Counted from the first letter of the stretch, positions 1 through 9,565 are shown. The stretch: 22,827 nt of DNA from Selaginella moellendorffii (GCF_000143415.4 NW_003314390.1:1-22827), one strand, 5' to 3'. Numbers and translations are program-made. The notes: a model not told the origin generated them from the letters alone.

Positions 1-25
1 GTGTGGGTCGAGAGTCGAACGTTAT

Positions 26-441
26 ACTCCACCAGGAGAACTCCATACAACCTTCCCATCCCAATCGGCAACTTCCAGAGCTCCCTGATCGGTCACACGA
101 ACGGTAGCATTTTCTGTCACAGGACTGTCCCGGTTTGCAGCCCAGACGCAGACGCCAGAGTTCGTGTTGTTGCTGGAGCCAAGAACCAAAGCAAAGTAGA
201 ACTCGGCCGAGTTGTGGAATCGAAAGAAAGCCAAGCCAAATCTTCCGCTCTGGCTCAGGAGGGGACTGTCACCTGCTTGGAGCAGCCGATAACTGGCATT
301 GGACTGTGATCCTTGCAGTTCCAGAAGCTGATTGTTGTTCGTTACTTCCCAGCCGTGTGATAGACTGTAGTTCCTGCCGTGCACACGAAAGAGAATTGTC
401 ATCAGCTGAAAGAAAGCGACCAAAAAAATCTTCATAGCCAT
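26..441 (-). pseudogene. 5' portion (signal peptide plus start of the B-lectin domain) of G-type lectin S-receptor-like kinase RLK-A, copy 1; truncated or interrupted at the left
   Basis: Nearly identical to 15058-15473 (offset 15032). Homology stops at position 26, and bases 1-25 are unrelated, giving a stop after ...WSSPGGV. Confidence 0.8.
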
Positions 442-699
442 GAACCATGAAGCAGAATGCGCTAGCTATTTTTGTATCTATAGAACGGGAGCGGTCCATT
501 CACTTGACTCATTCATATTCATACTTCTTCCACTTATTCCAGTCTCGAGTACCAACTGTTACCAAAAGTTCGATTAGTCTTTGCTTGAACAGAAGTCTAG
601 TCTCCATGGCTGCAGTCTAGTCTTCAAGACTTTTCCAAGTCTTGAAAGTAAGGACTTACGTCTCGTATAAGCAGGTGTTCTCAATGCAGAACGGCAGCA
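442..699. promoter_or_regulatory. Putative bidirectional promoter between divergent RLK-A and RLK-B (copy 1, 258 bp)
   Basis: Divergent ATGs at 441(-) and 700(+). W-box-like TTGACT at 504-509. 20 bp longer than copy 2. Confidence 0.55.
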
Positions 700-3152
700 A
701 TGCAAAAGCAAAAGGTTTCACAGGTTGCTAAGGCGTTGTTCCTGGAACTAATAATGCTCCTCACAGTTACTTCTGAAGGGAAGTTGTACACGATACCTGA
801 TAAATGGCGCATTTTCATGAACAACAGTCTCCCAGAATTCCAAGGCGATGGCAGATCCGGGAGTTATCGCCTGGTGAGTGCTCTTCCAAAGGATAACCCT
901 TCTAGCCGGCCAGAATCTCTACGCAGCGACGATGAAAACTTGGGCTTAGCATTCCTCAACTTCAATGGATCAAACAAGTATTACCTGGCACTGATGTTTG
1001 GCACTCGCAACTCTTCCACAGCAGCTCCCGTCTGGCTAGCCAACCGGAACACTCCAGTGTCAGGAAATTCAATGCTCGCTAAAACAGATGGTCGCTTACA
1101 GCTCCTGGATGCAAATGGTTCCGTGGCCAGAGTCCTAACGGCTCTCTCCCTCTGCTATGGAGCCCTCTCACAGCCCAGCACTCAGCATCGCCTCTGCCTG
1201 CTTGCCTCTGGACAGCACCTCTGTCCAGTCCACCAGCGCCCCAGCACTCCAATCTCTTCACACCTCTGCCTGCAGCTTTTGGTGTCTCGCGCCTCTACCC
1301 TACAGGGTGCCCAGCGCTCACCTCTGCTCGGCCAGTGCCTCGCGCCACAGCGCCTCTGGGCTGGTCTCTGCTTGATCACGCCCTAGCGCCTTGCTCAGCT
1401 CGCTAGTGCCGTTATCTTGGCACTCAGTACAGCACAGTGCCAAATCTTGGCACCTCTCAGCCACGTCCAGTGGCTCATCGTCATCCTCGCTAGCCTCCTC
1501 CTTGGCCAGCGCCATCGTCCCTGGATCTGAAGCCCTCAGGGCTCCGATACCATGAAGAGAAGAAGAGCGGAAGCTACGATGGTGGATGACTCCAAGGATA
1601 GTCGTATATATCATAGCTATATATACATGATGAAGAGACACACCTCTAGCCTACACCTGGATCAATGAAGTGGCACTCCTGCCACCTAGGATCATGTCAT
1701 AGAGAGCGTATACCTCAACAGTGGCATGGTCTCCAAGCGAAAGCGTTGCCTATATCGGCATTCAGAATTCCGGGAACTTGCAGCTCTTCGATGAATCTGA
1801 GACCCCGGTATGGAGTTCCTTTGATCGCCCATGGAGCGCACTGATGCCAAACCAGAAGCTAGTAACTGGACAGTCAGTTGTGAGTAACAAAAACGCCTCA
1901 GACCCCAGCGAAGGCTCGTATATCGCAGAGATACAGGCCAGTGGATCAGTCGGATACATGAGCATCGGTTCCAAGAAAAAGCAGCCTTACATGTTGTGGA
2001 GCTTCGTCGGATCACAAATTGGCTCGCCCAGTGTAACCTGCCCAGGATATCGAACTGCTCTTTCATTCACGCCAGCAGGAGAAATGAGCATGGTATACGA
2101 ACCTCTTCGTGTTGGTGGTAACGAACAGCCGTGTGGCTCTCCACTGTCCGGGGAAATATTCCCAGGGAACACCACAATGAGGTATTTCCAGCTTGCCGAT
2201 GATGGGACCATGGTTTCATACAGGCGAGAGTTGGCAAATGGAAGCTGGGAGCTCGATAGCACGAGTCAGTTCTTTCCACCGCCAGCGCCATGCGGGAGCT
2301 ATGGGCTGCTCGAGAAAGGAAAGCAGTGTCAGTGCCTGACCAACGAAGCAAACAACTCTACTACCTCAGCACTTGGAAGTTGTGCCCAGCCAGAATGGTC
2401 TTCTCTTGCAAACTGCAGCTCCAGGTACGAGACCGACTTTGTAACACTCGCAGGTGCATCGTACTTCGCCAACACTTTCAACCCTCCCGATAGAACAGGC
2501 GCTGCAATGCAAGATTGCCTCGAGCAATGCAAATCCACTTGCTCCTGTGCGGCGTTCTTTTTCGACCAGGCGCTCCAGAATTGCTTTTTCATAGAAGACG
2601 TCCTGGGAAGCTTGACGGTAGACTCGAACAAGACTCAGCAACTGTTCGGCTTTCTGAAGTACCAGAATTACTCCAGGTTGCTGCCTGTTGACAACTCATC
2701 GTCAGACACTCCAAAGCTCCTAGTGATCGGAATTACCTCTGGAGGAGCTGCTGTAGCCATTGTAACTTTTGCGTTGCTTTTCACGATCCTGCATCGAAGG
2801 AGGGTCATGCTCGACGAACTAAACAGTTTCCTTAAACGCTCTGGGAAACATAAGCCACATCAACATTGTCAAACTCTATGGCTTCTGTGCCGATGCTTCA
2901 CACAGGCTGCTCGTCTACGAGCTCATGCCCAATGGTTCCTTGGACAGATGGATTTTCTCCGACAACAAGAACAAACTAGACTGGAAACGCTATGGAATGG
3001 TGCTCCTGGAGCTCATTGGCGGCAGGAAAAATCTAGACTGCTCTAAGATGGAGTCGCCACTGAGTTGGTATTTCCCAGCCTGGGCCATGAGCGAAATCCG
3101 GAAAGGGAACACGATGCAAGTGGTGGATCCGAACGTCAAGGACTCGGCAGAC
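700..3152 (+). pseudogene. G-type lectin S-receptor-like kinase RLK-B, copy 1, disrupted
   Basis: Same sequence as 15712-17600, with four lesions. A 593-bp insertion at 1128-1720. A 191-bp deletion with AAC filler at about 2835 that removes the Gly-loop and AVK and causes a frameshift. A join at 2988/2989 from LDWK straight to YGMVLLELIGGRKN, so the catalytic loop, DFG and APE are lost. The kinase C-terminus is lost after VVDPNVKDSAD. Confidence 0.92.
1128..1720 (-). mobile_element. Solo LTR-like insertion (593 bp) with 5-bp target-site duplication GTGGC
   Basis: Absent from copy 2 (TTCCGTGGCATGG). GTGGC at 1123-1127 and 1721-1725. Right end ...TCAACA reads TGTTGA on the minus strand. TATATA tracts at about 1605-1625. 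The other end lacks a clean TG/CA terminus, so orientation is tentative. Confidence 0.8.
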
Positions 3153-3449
3153 ACACCTTTGCTCGTTTTTCTTTCCAATCTCTAGCCACGACATTCCATT
3201 CTTGAAAAGAACCTCCAAATCTGATAAAAAAAAACTAGGAGATTAAAAAAAACACTTTTGTGCATAATTCTTACTTGAGAACGTTCCGAATTTAACAGAT
3301 ACATTAGTGAACCAGCTCGCACAAATTCTCCTGGGATCGCTCGGCTTGTTGGCATGCACCACAGCTCCAAACTTGGCTCCGACCGAATAAGCTTTCCGCA
3401 AAAAAGTCTCTTTTCATGTCAAGCTCAAGTTCTGGGAATCAAAAGCCCA

Positions 3450-3587
3450 CGGTCAGAAAGGTAAGGTTTCCATGCGTACCTAGCATTGTACAGTACATAG
3501 CTGTTGTTCTTTATTACATGCTTGGGTACTCTTGGCAAACTAGTTCCATTCTTCACCACCTTTCCTGTCCAAGACTAAGACCACAAG
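3450..3587 (-). pseudogene. 3' part of the F-box gene split by the copia insertion (copy 1)
   Basis: Reads LVVLVLDRKGGEEWN, in frame with ...DEHEE(L) at about 8112 when the element and one TSD are removed. Homologous to 18610-18784 and 11260-11395. Confidence 0.65.
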
Positions 3588-3673
3588 TGATAATGATCTG
3601 AGGAGACGCTAATAAGAGAGAAAACAGGTACCAGCGTCTGACCTAGCTACCCCGTAAGCCACTAGGACTAACA
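3588..3673 (-). repeat. 3' LTR of copia copy 1 (shortened by deletion)
   Basis: TGTTAG...TTATCA termini. Directly follows the polypurine tract. Homologous to 7993-8107, 18785-18900, 6563-6648 and 21701-21773. Confidence 0.85.
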
Positions 3674-3683
3674 CTCCCACTCT
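3674..3683 (-). other. Polypurine tract (PPT) of copia copy 1
   Basis: Minus-strand AGAGTGGGAG immediately 5' of the LTR start TGTTAG. Same sequence at 18901-18910. Confidence 0.8.
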
Positions 3684-3742
3684 GGCGCAGTAACTCAGAC
3701 TCACTCTCTCATGAGCGAGTGCGCAATAGCTGCGCCAGCACC

Positions 3743-6540
3743 TCACGACCGCTCCTGTTTCTCCTGCAACTGTAAACGGTTGCAATTGAGAGCAAATTTA
3801 TCCTGTGGAAGAGACTTGGTCAGCATATCAGCAAGCTGCTCGGTGGTAGAGCAAAATTGGAGGACAATAATGCCCTGCTGGACCTGCTCTCGGACATAGT
3901 GATAACGGAGCTGAATGTGCTTAGTTCTGTCATGAAACTTTGATGTAGCTGAAAGAGCAATTGCGCTAATGTTGTCACAAAACAACATCGTGGGCTGAAC
4001 AAGAAAATGTCCAAGCTCTGTGAGCAATAAGCGAATCCAGACAGCCTCTTTGCACGCTGAGCACGCAGAAATAGACGACAGAGCTGTGATGCTCTGTTTC
4101 TTGCTCCTCTAAGTCAAAGTTGAGGCACCGAGAAGGCGGATGTAGATTTGCGGGTGTCTTTGTCACCAGCCCAATCTGAGTCGCAGTAGCCGCGCAAGTG
4201 GAATTGCTCATCTGATGTAAGCGCCAAGGATTTGGTACCTTTCAAGTAACAAAAGATGCGCTTATCCGCTGCCCAGTGAGCTAATCCGGGATTTTCAGAA
4301 AATTTCGCCACGACTCCCACTGCATGCGAAAAATCTGGGCGGGTACAAATAACAAGATAAATCAGACTACCAACAGCTGCACAATACGGAATCCTCTCCA
4401 TGGAATTGCTCTCAGCTTCAGTGGTTGGAGACTGAGGTTTAGAAAGCTGAAGATTAAGCTCCATAGGTGTGGAAACTGGAGTACTGTCGTGCATATTAAA
4501 GCGTTTGAGAATTTCGTCCACATAGCGCTGCTGAGAAAGATGAATAGTTCCACGGGACCGTTCTCGAATAATATTAAGACCAAGACAAAACTTAATATCT
4601 CCAAGATCGTCCATCTCAAATTGAGAAGAGAGCTGCTCTTTGATCTTATGTAGAAAAGAAAGACAATTTGCTAGTAAGATCAAATCGTCGACATATAACG
4701 CAATAAGGACCATCATCTTTTCAACATGTTTCTGGTACACGTTCTGATCAGCTGAAAATCCAATAAAAATGAGAAATTGGTCCATTTTGTCGAACCAAGC
4801 TTTAGGAGACTGTTTAAGACCATATAAAGCTTTCTTGAGGCGACAAACCATCCCGGGCTGCTTCTGATAACCCTCTGGTTGCTGGATGAAAATTTCTTCA
4901 GTAAGATCTCCATGCAAAAATGCTGTACGAACATCCATTTGATGCACCTCGAGATCATATTGAGCTGCTAAAGCTAGCAAAGCTCGAATAGAGGCCATGC
5001 GTACCACAGGTGAGTAAATCTCGGTAAAATCAAGGCCTGGGATTTGTGTAAATCCACGAGTCACATACCTCGCTTTAAACCGAACGACCTGATTGGCTGC
5101 ATTCCTCTTAACTCGAAATAGCCATTTTGTTGAGACCACCTGGCGGTCAACTGGCTTTGAAACGAGCGTCCCGTTCTTTTGAAGCGAGAGATACTCAGAA
5201 TCCATAGCAGCTCGCCACTCCACAGCATGAGGACCTGTGAGCGCTTCAGTCACCGTTCTTGGCTCAGGAACATCGTTAGAACCAGCAAAATAAAAACGAC
5301 TTGACCGCGACCTGAAAAAGTGTTGACTCTCGGCAGCATCCCGAGCTCGTTGAGATGGAAAAAGTGGCCGGGCAGAACGAGAATAGCCGACAGGGTCACT
5401 CTGAGAACCAGGCCGCTCAACTTCTGGGACGAGATCTAGCTCTGGTGACTCAGGTGGCGGTAAGGGTGGGGTTGATGTTTGCTCCGGTGGAAGCGACTGC
5501 GGATGAAGACGCGGTGGAGGATTGAGTGGTGGTGGAGGAGGTTGTTGAGCTGCTGGTGGAGCTCCCACTGAAGCTGGAAGCACCGGAACTTCTTCCACAA
5601 GTCGCCAAGTTGAAGGAGTTGGAGTGGAAGTCTCTTTACATGGAAAGATATCTTCAAAAACCTTCACATCACGTGCTGGAAAAAACTGCCAGTCGCAAGC
5701 TTCGGCAATCGAGCAAGGTTCTTGGCATAAGCTAAGCAAGCAACCGAATACTCGAAAGTGTGCAACGGATGGCTTCTTTCCAGTCCATAATTCTTCTGGA
5801 GTGATATTAGAAAGAGTAGATGTTGGAAGACGATTGTAAAGATAAGGAGCGGTAACAATAGCCTCTCCCCAAAAAGATTTTGGACAACCAGCGCCAAGGA
5901 GTATTGCACGAGTAGACTCGACCAACGTGCGGTTCATGCGTTCTGCTGCTCCATTCTGCTATGGCGTCCCTGGAACGGTGAATTGCTGAACAATTCCACA
6001 ATAGTTTTGAAATTTCTTGGAAACATACTCACCGCCATTATCAGACCTCAGGATTTTGAGGGATTTGCCAGTCTGCTGAAAATCCACGAAGAGGGAAAAC
6101 ACTTCACTTTTACGAGACATAACTCTCACTTCCACTCGTCTATAAATGTGACAAAATATGTGTTGCCACCAAGAGAAGCAATTGGCATAGAACCAACATC
6201 AGAGTGAACTAGTCCAAGGAGATCAGCTGCTCGTTCATGAGAATTCTTCGGAAATGGTGCACGATGAAGCTTGCCTTGAATACACGGCTCACAAAAATCC
6301 AAAGGCTCCACTATATCCAGGTCACAAGCTGCAACAAGCTACTGCTTAACAATGCTGATGCACATGGCCAAAGCGTCGATGCCAGAGTTGCATCTTAGAT
6401 TCCTTGGCCATAAATATACGAGGAGGAGGCACTAAAATAGCATCAAGCTTGTAAATATCAGCATACCTGCTACCGTGCATTGCCTTGACCCCATCAAGAG
6501 AAAAAATAATGCCTCGTTGATCTCCATAAAATTGACTAAT
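3743..6540 (-). pseudogene. Copia pol: GAG-pre-integrase, integrase, Pro-rich linker, reverse transcriptase, RNase H (frameshifted)
   Basis: Motifs LWHRRFGH, CEPCIQGK, VHSDV, FVTFID, ERMNRTL, QMDVRTAFLHG, LYGLKQSP, LYVDD, YCDSDWAG, FCDNISAI, FHDRTKHI, EQLADMLTK spread across several frames. Confidence 0.95.
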
Positions 6541-6737
6541 AATCAGACTACAGAGTAGGAGTAGGCTTCTGCCACGTGGCACAGGGTAGTTAGGTGGCCA
6601 CGGCCATCCTATTTTCTCTCTTATTAGCGTCTCCTCAGATCATTATCATCAGATTGTAGATCCTGATGGTTCACCATGCTAGGAGAGACTTGTGCTTACT
6701 GATCAACAACTGCCGACTACACAGAGTACGGCGGAAC

Positions 6738-7338
6738 ATGGCGAGCAGTAGTACTGCTGCTAGTGTTTTGGAGCAGCGTTTAATCCTTTGTACAAGGAAG
6801 ATTTTGCAAATTGGGCTGCCCTCCTGAAGGTTGTTTTCTTGTGTGATAATTGCGATGGGATTGTCACAGGCAAAGAACCTGAACCAGCCCAAGGTGCTCC
6901 CGAATTAGCAGATTGGAAGCGAGCCCTATCTACAATGGATATTAATCTAGGCAAATAGTACATTCATCTTCTTGATCTTGATAATAATGCTTCCACAAAT
7001 TGGACCAATCTAACCCAGTTTCTTGGTGCTCAAATGATTGAACGTATGGTCACGTTGAAAGGTGAGTTCTTCACTTTAAAGGTGGATCCCCAATTGTCTG
7101 TCAAGAAATTTATCAAAGACATTCTCTACTATGAGAAGCGCCTTCAAGACGCAAAGCAGCCTCTGACTACTGTGGACAAGCAAGCAGCCCTGATCAATCG
7201 CATTCTTGATATCAAGGAGTATAAGAGTCTTCACACAACATTTCAGAATCTTCAAGGCCAGCTCACTTTTGAAGCAATGTGCTCATCTCTCAAGGAAGAA
7301 GAACGCCAACAGCAGAAATTGAAGACCAAGACTAAATC
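6738..7338 (+). pseudogene. Copia gag N-terminal part (UBN2/Retrotran_gag_2-like), inverted copy, frameshifted
   Basis: ATG at 6738: MASSSTAASVLEQRL..DFANWAALLKVVF..GIVTGKEPEP, then FFTLKVDPQLSVKKFIKDI..RLQDAK. No zinc knuckle or protease follows. Confidence 0.75.
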
Positions 7339-7666
7339 CAAAAGTGAGCTGGCCTTGAAGATTCTGAAACATTGTGCGAAGACTCTCATACTCCTCGATA
7401 TCAAGAATGCCATTGATCAGAGCTGCTCACTTGTCCACATTAGTCAAAGGCTGCTTTGTGTCTTGAAGGTGCTTCTCATAGTAGAGAGTGTCATTGATAA
7501 ATTTCTGGACAGGCAATTAGGGATCCATCTTTAAAGTGGAGAACTCACCCTTGAACGTGACCACATGTTCAACCATTTAAGCACCAAGAAACTGGGTCAG
7601 ATTGGTCCAATTTGTGGGAGCATGTTATTAAGATCAAGAAGATGAATGTACTGCTCGCCTAGACCA

Positions 7667-7746
7667 ATACCTATTGTAGATAGGGCTCGCTTGTTGTGCA
7701 GCTTCCATACCTATTGTAGATAGGGCTTGCTTGTTGCGCAGCTTCC
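7667..7746. repeat. 40-bp direct tandem duplication within the right arm
   Basis: ATACCTATTGTAGATAGGGCT(C/T)GCTTGTTG(T/C)GCAGCTTCC occurs twice, with 2 mismatches. Confidence 0.9.
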
Positions 7747-7992
7747 AGTCTGCTAATTCAGGAGCATCTTGGGCTAGTTAAGATTCTTTGCCTGCGACAA
7801 TCCAATCACAATTATCACACAAGAAAACGACATAGCCCAATTTGCAAAATCTCCCTTGTACAAAGGGATTAAACGCTACTCCAATGCACTGGCAGCAGTA
7901 CTATTGCTCGCCATGTTCTGCCGTACTCTATGTAGTCAGCGGTTGTTGATCAGAAAGCACATGTCTCTCCTAGCATGACCATCAGGATCTAC

Positions 7993-8107
7993 ATCTGAGG
8001 AGACGCTAATAAGAGAGAAAACAGGGTACATGGTCATGGCCGTGGCCACCAGCGTCTGACCTAACTCGTGCCACGTGGCAGAAGCCTGATTCTGACTAGG
8101 ACTAACA
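7993..8107 (-). repeat. 5' LTR of copia copy 1 (3' end and PBS deleted)
   Basis: Starts TGTTAGTCCTAGTCAG at 8107, contains TGCCACGTGGCA, and is flanked by the TSD-like ATAAG. Confidence 0.85.
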
Positions 8108-8815
8108 ATAAGCTCCTCATGCTCATCTGTTATATCTCTTTGAGTAAACATCAATTTAATATCGCCTCCAACTTCCAGCATGTGTGAATAAGCAAGTTTA
8201 GGCATCCTATTGTCCCAAGCATACAGCCATGTCAAGTTCTTGACATTTGCCATATCATTCTCTAACAACACAAGTGATGCTTGATACAATTGTGATAATG
8301 CACTCCTTTGATGCAAACCGTGTTCATAGACCACATCCTCATGGTCTGACGGAGAGGGTATAACCAAATGCCCACCTTTGAGTCAAAATGAAATGGCTTT
8401 AGAACATCATACCCTTGCTTGTGTGTAAGGTATCAGCATTTGAGTGCGAGCTATTGAGGGTTGAATTGATGGAATCTCCTCCCATTGCTTGGTCACTGGG
8501 TTTCCAACCATGAAAGGCCTTTTGGAATATGGAAACCACGAGAAGATATTTCCCTGACTACTTGCGACCCATGCTGGGCAAACCAGTTCTCAATAGATAT
8601 TTCTTTCCCCATCAGACTCCATGCTGGATACTTCCAGAAGCGTCTGAGCTCGTTGAATGAAGTATACCCTTGGTGCAGAAACAGGAACTTGGTGTGGGTT
8701 TTGTTCATCCATTGTTCCGTGAAGTATGGATGCCGTCGCAAATGAAACCATTCCTTACACACCGGCTGCAGCCGCAAAACATCTTCGGCTGGTAGAAAAG
8801 ACAGTATATGAGCAT
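8108..8815 (-). pseudogene. F-box protein (F-box plus associated beta-propeller-type domain), 5' part, frameshifted
   Basis: AHILSFLPAEDVLRLQPVCKEWFHLRRHPYF is the second half of an F-box. In another frame follow VASSQGNIF and FMVGNPVTKQWEEIP, typical of plant F-box proteins. The first half of the F-box is replaced by WDR82 sequence. Confidence 0.8.
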
Positions 8816-9085
8816 TCCATCTCGACTGGGCTTGAGCGTGAATCCATGCATCTGAGAGGAAGCTCTCGGTAGATTTGATGAACGAGAGAGAATCATACCT
8901 TCTTCCCAGGGTACGCGTTCAGCAAATAGAGAAGCCTAATTTTGCCACTAGCGACTTCCACGGTATCAACACCCACGAGACGGAGTTTAAAACACTCGAT
9001 GCATCGGAGAAATCAATCACGTCATACCTTATCAAAAGACCTTACGTCCCTACGTCAAACAGCTTGATTTCTCAACAGCAAATAC
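8816..9085 (-). pseudogene. Degraded WDR82/Swd2 fragment (second copy)
   Basis: Homologous to about 11740-12085, with internal deletions (MHGFTLKPSRD exon, DTVEVAS, IKLFD). Confidence 0.75.
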
Positions 9086-9221
9086 TAGGCCTTGCTGAAG
9101 ACGGTCTGAGAAAGTTCCGAAAGAAAGGAAAGAGGCTTTTCTTACTTCGGAAACGTTGCTGCGCAGATGCCACAACCGGACAGTGTGATCCAATTACATG
9201 AACGAATCGTTCTTCGGAGAC

Positions 9222-9563
9222 ACTTCACGACCAAGCACTCCATTTCCTTTTCGTAGAAGACGTCCTGGGAAGATTCGTCGAAGAGTCAGCAACCAGAATT
9301 ACTCCAGGTTGCTGCCTGTTGACAACTCATCGTCAGACACTCTAAAGCGCGGCACAGTACGAAGGAATGGATGAACCTAGTGGTGAGGAAACTCAGCACA
9401 CAGCATGGACAAAAGGAGTTTGTAACAGAAGTCTCGGCTCTGGGAACATAAGCCGCTTCCGATGCTTCAGAAGGCTGCTCGTCTACGACCTCATGTCCAA
9501 TGGTTCCTTGGAACAGATGGATTTTTTTCACTAGCAAGAACAAACTGGACTTGAAACTTCGAT
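9222..9563 (+). pseudogene. Third, heavily deleted relic of RLK-B (PAN-to-kinase region)
   Basis: Colinear patches match about 16970-17596 (GAAGACGTCCTGGGAAG; CCAGAATTACTCCAGGTT; CTCAGCACACAGCATGGACAAAAGGAGTTTGTAACAGAAGTCTCGGCTCTGGGAA; CCAATGGTTCCTTGGA). Confidence 0.88.
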
Positions 9564-9565
9564 AG

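Larger units (their letters stand above)
26..7793. repeat. Tandem segmental duplication unit 1 (matches 15058-22827; period about 15 kb)
   Basis: Colinear near-identity of the RLK-A 5' end, intergenic region, RLK-B, F-box 3' fragment, copia pol and the inverted repeat. The copies differ by substitutions and many indels. Confidence 0.95.
6563..8087. repeat. Long inverted repeat of the copia LTR-leader-gag (arms about 6563-7271 and 7339-8087, spacer 7272-7338)
   Basis: TTTCAGAATCTTCAAGGCCAGCTCACTTTTG ending at 7271 pairs with CAAAAGTGAGCTGGCCTTGAAGATTCTGAAA starting at 7339. Pairing continues out to AGGCTTCTGCCACGTGGCAC (6563) / GTGCCACGTGGCAGAAGCCT (8087). Confidence 0.95.
3588..8107 (-). mobile_element. 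Ty1/copia LTR retrotransposon, degenerate and internally rearranged (copy 1)
   Basis: Both LTRs start TGTTAGTCCTAGT on the minus strand (8107 and 3673). The 3' LTR ends ...CATTATCA at 3588. TSD ACAAG (3583-3587) / ATAAG (8108-8112). Domain order integrase-RT-RNase H. Confidence 0.92.

Noticed and set aside
1170-1370. Short degenerate repeats as a CRISPR-like or satellite array
   Set aside because: Irregular, with no repeat-spacer periodicity, and in a eukaryotic LTR context.
700-1386. 228-aa ORF as a novel secreted lectin
   Set aside because: Its C-terminal part is read-through into the solo LTR, and the lectin domain is cut in the middle. There is no evidence of function.
5430-5580. Proline-rich stretch as a captured host gene
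   Set aside because: It is in frame between integrase and RT, where low-complexity linkers are normal in copia polyproteins.
7034-7534. 166-aa plus-strand ORF as a standalone gene
   Set aside because: The first part is gag. After KTKTKS it simply reads the antisense arm of the palindrome.
6563-8087. Inverted repeat as a Mutator/foldback DNA transposon or a miRNA precursor
   Set aside because: The arms are recognisable copia LTR, PBS-leader and gag sequence. They lie inside the TSD-bounded retroelement, have no TSD of their own that I can see, and are far longer than a typical pre-miRNA stem.
7936-8367. 143-aa ORF as an intact gene
   Set aside because: It is a chimera of an F-box fragment reading through the TSD into the copia 5' LTR.
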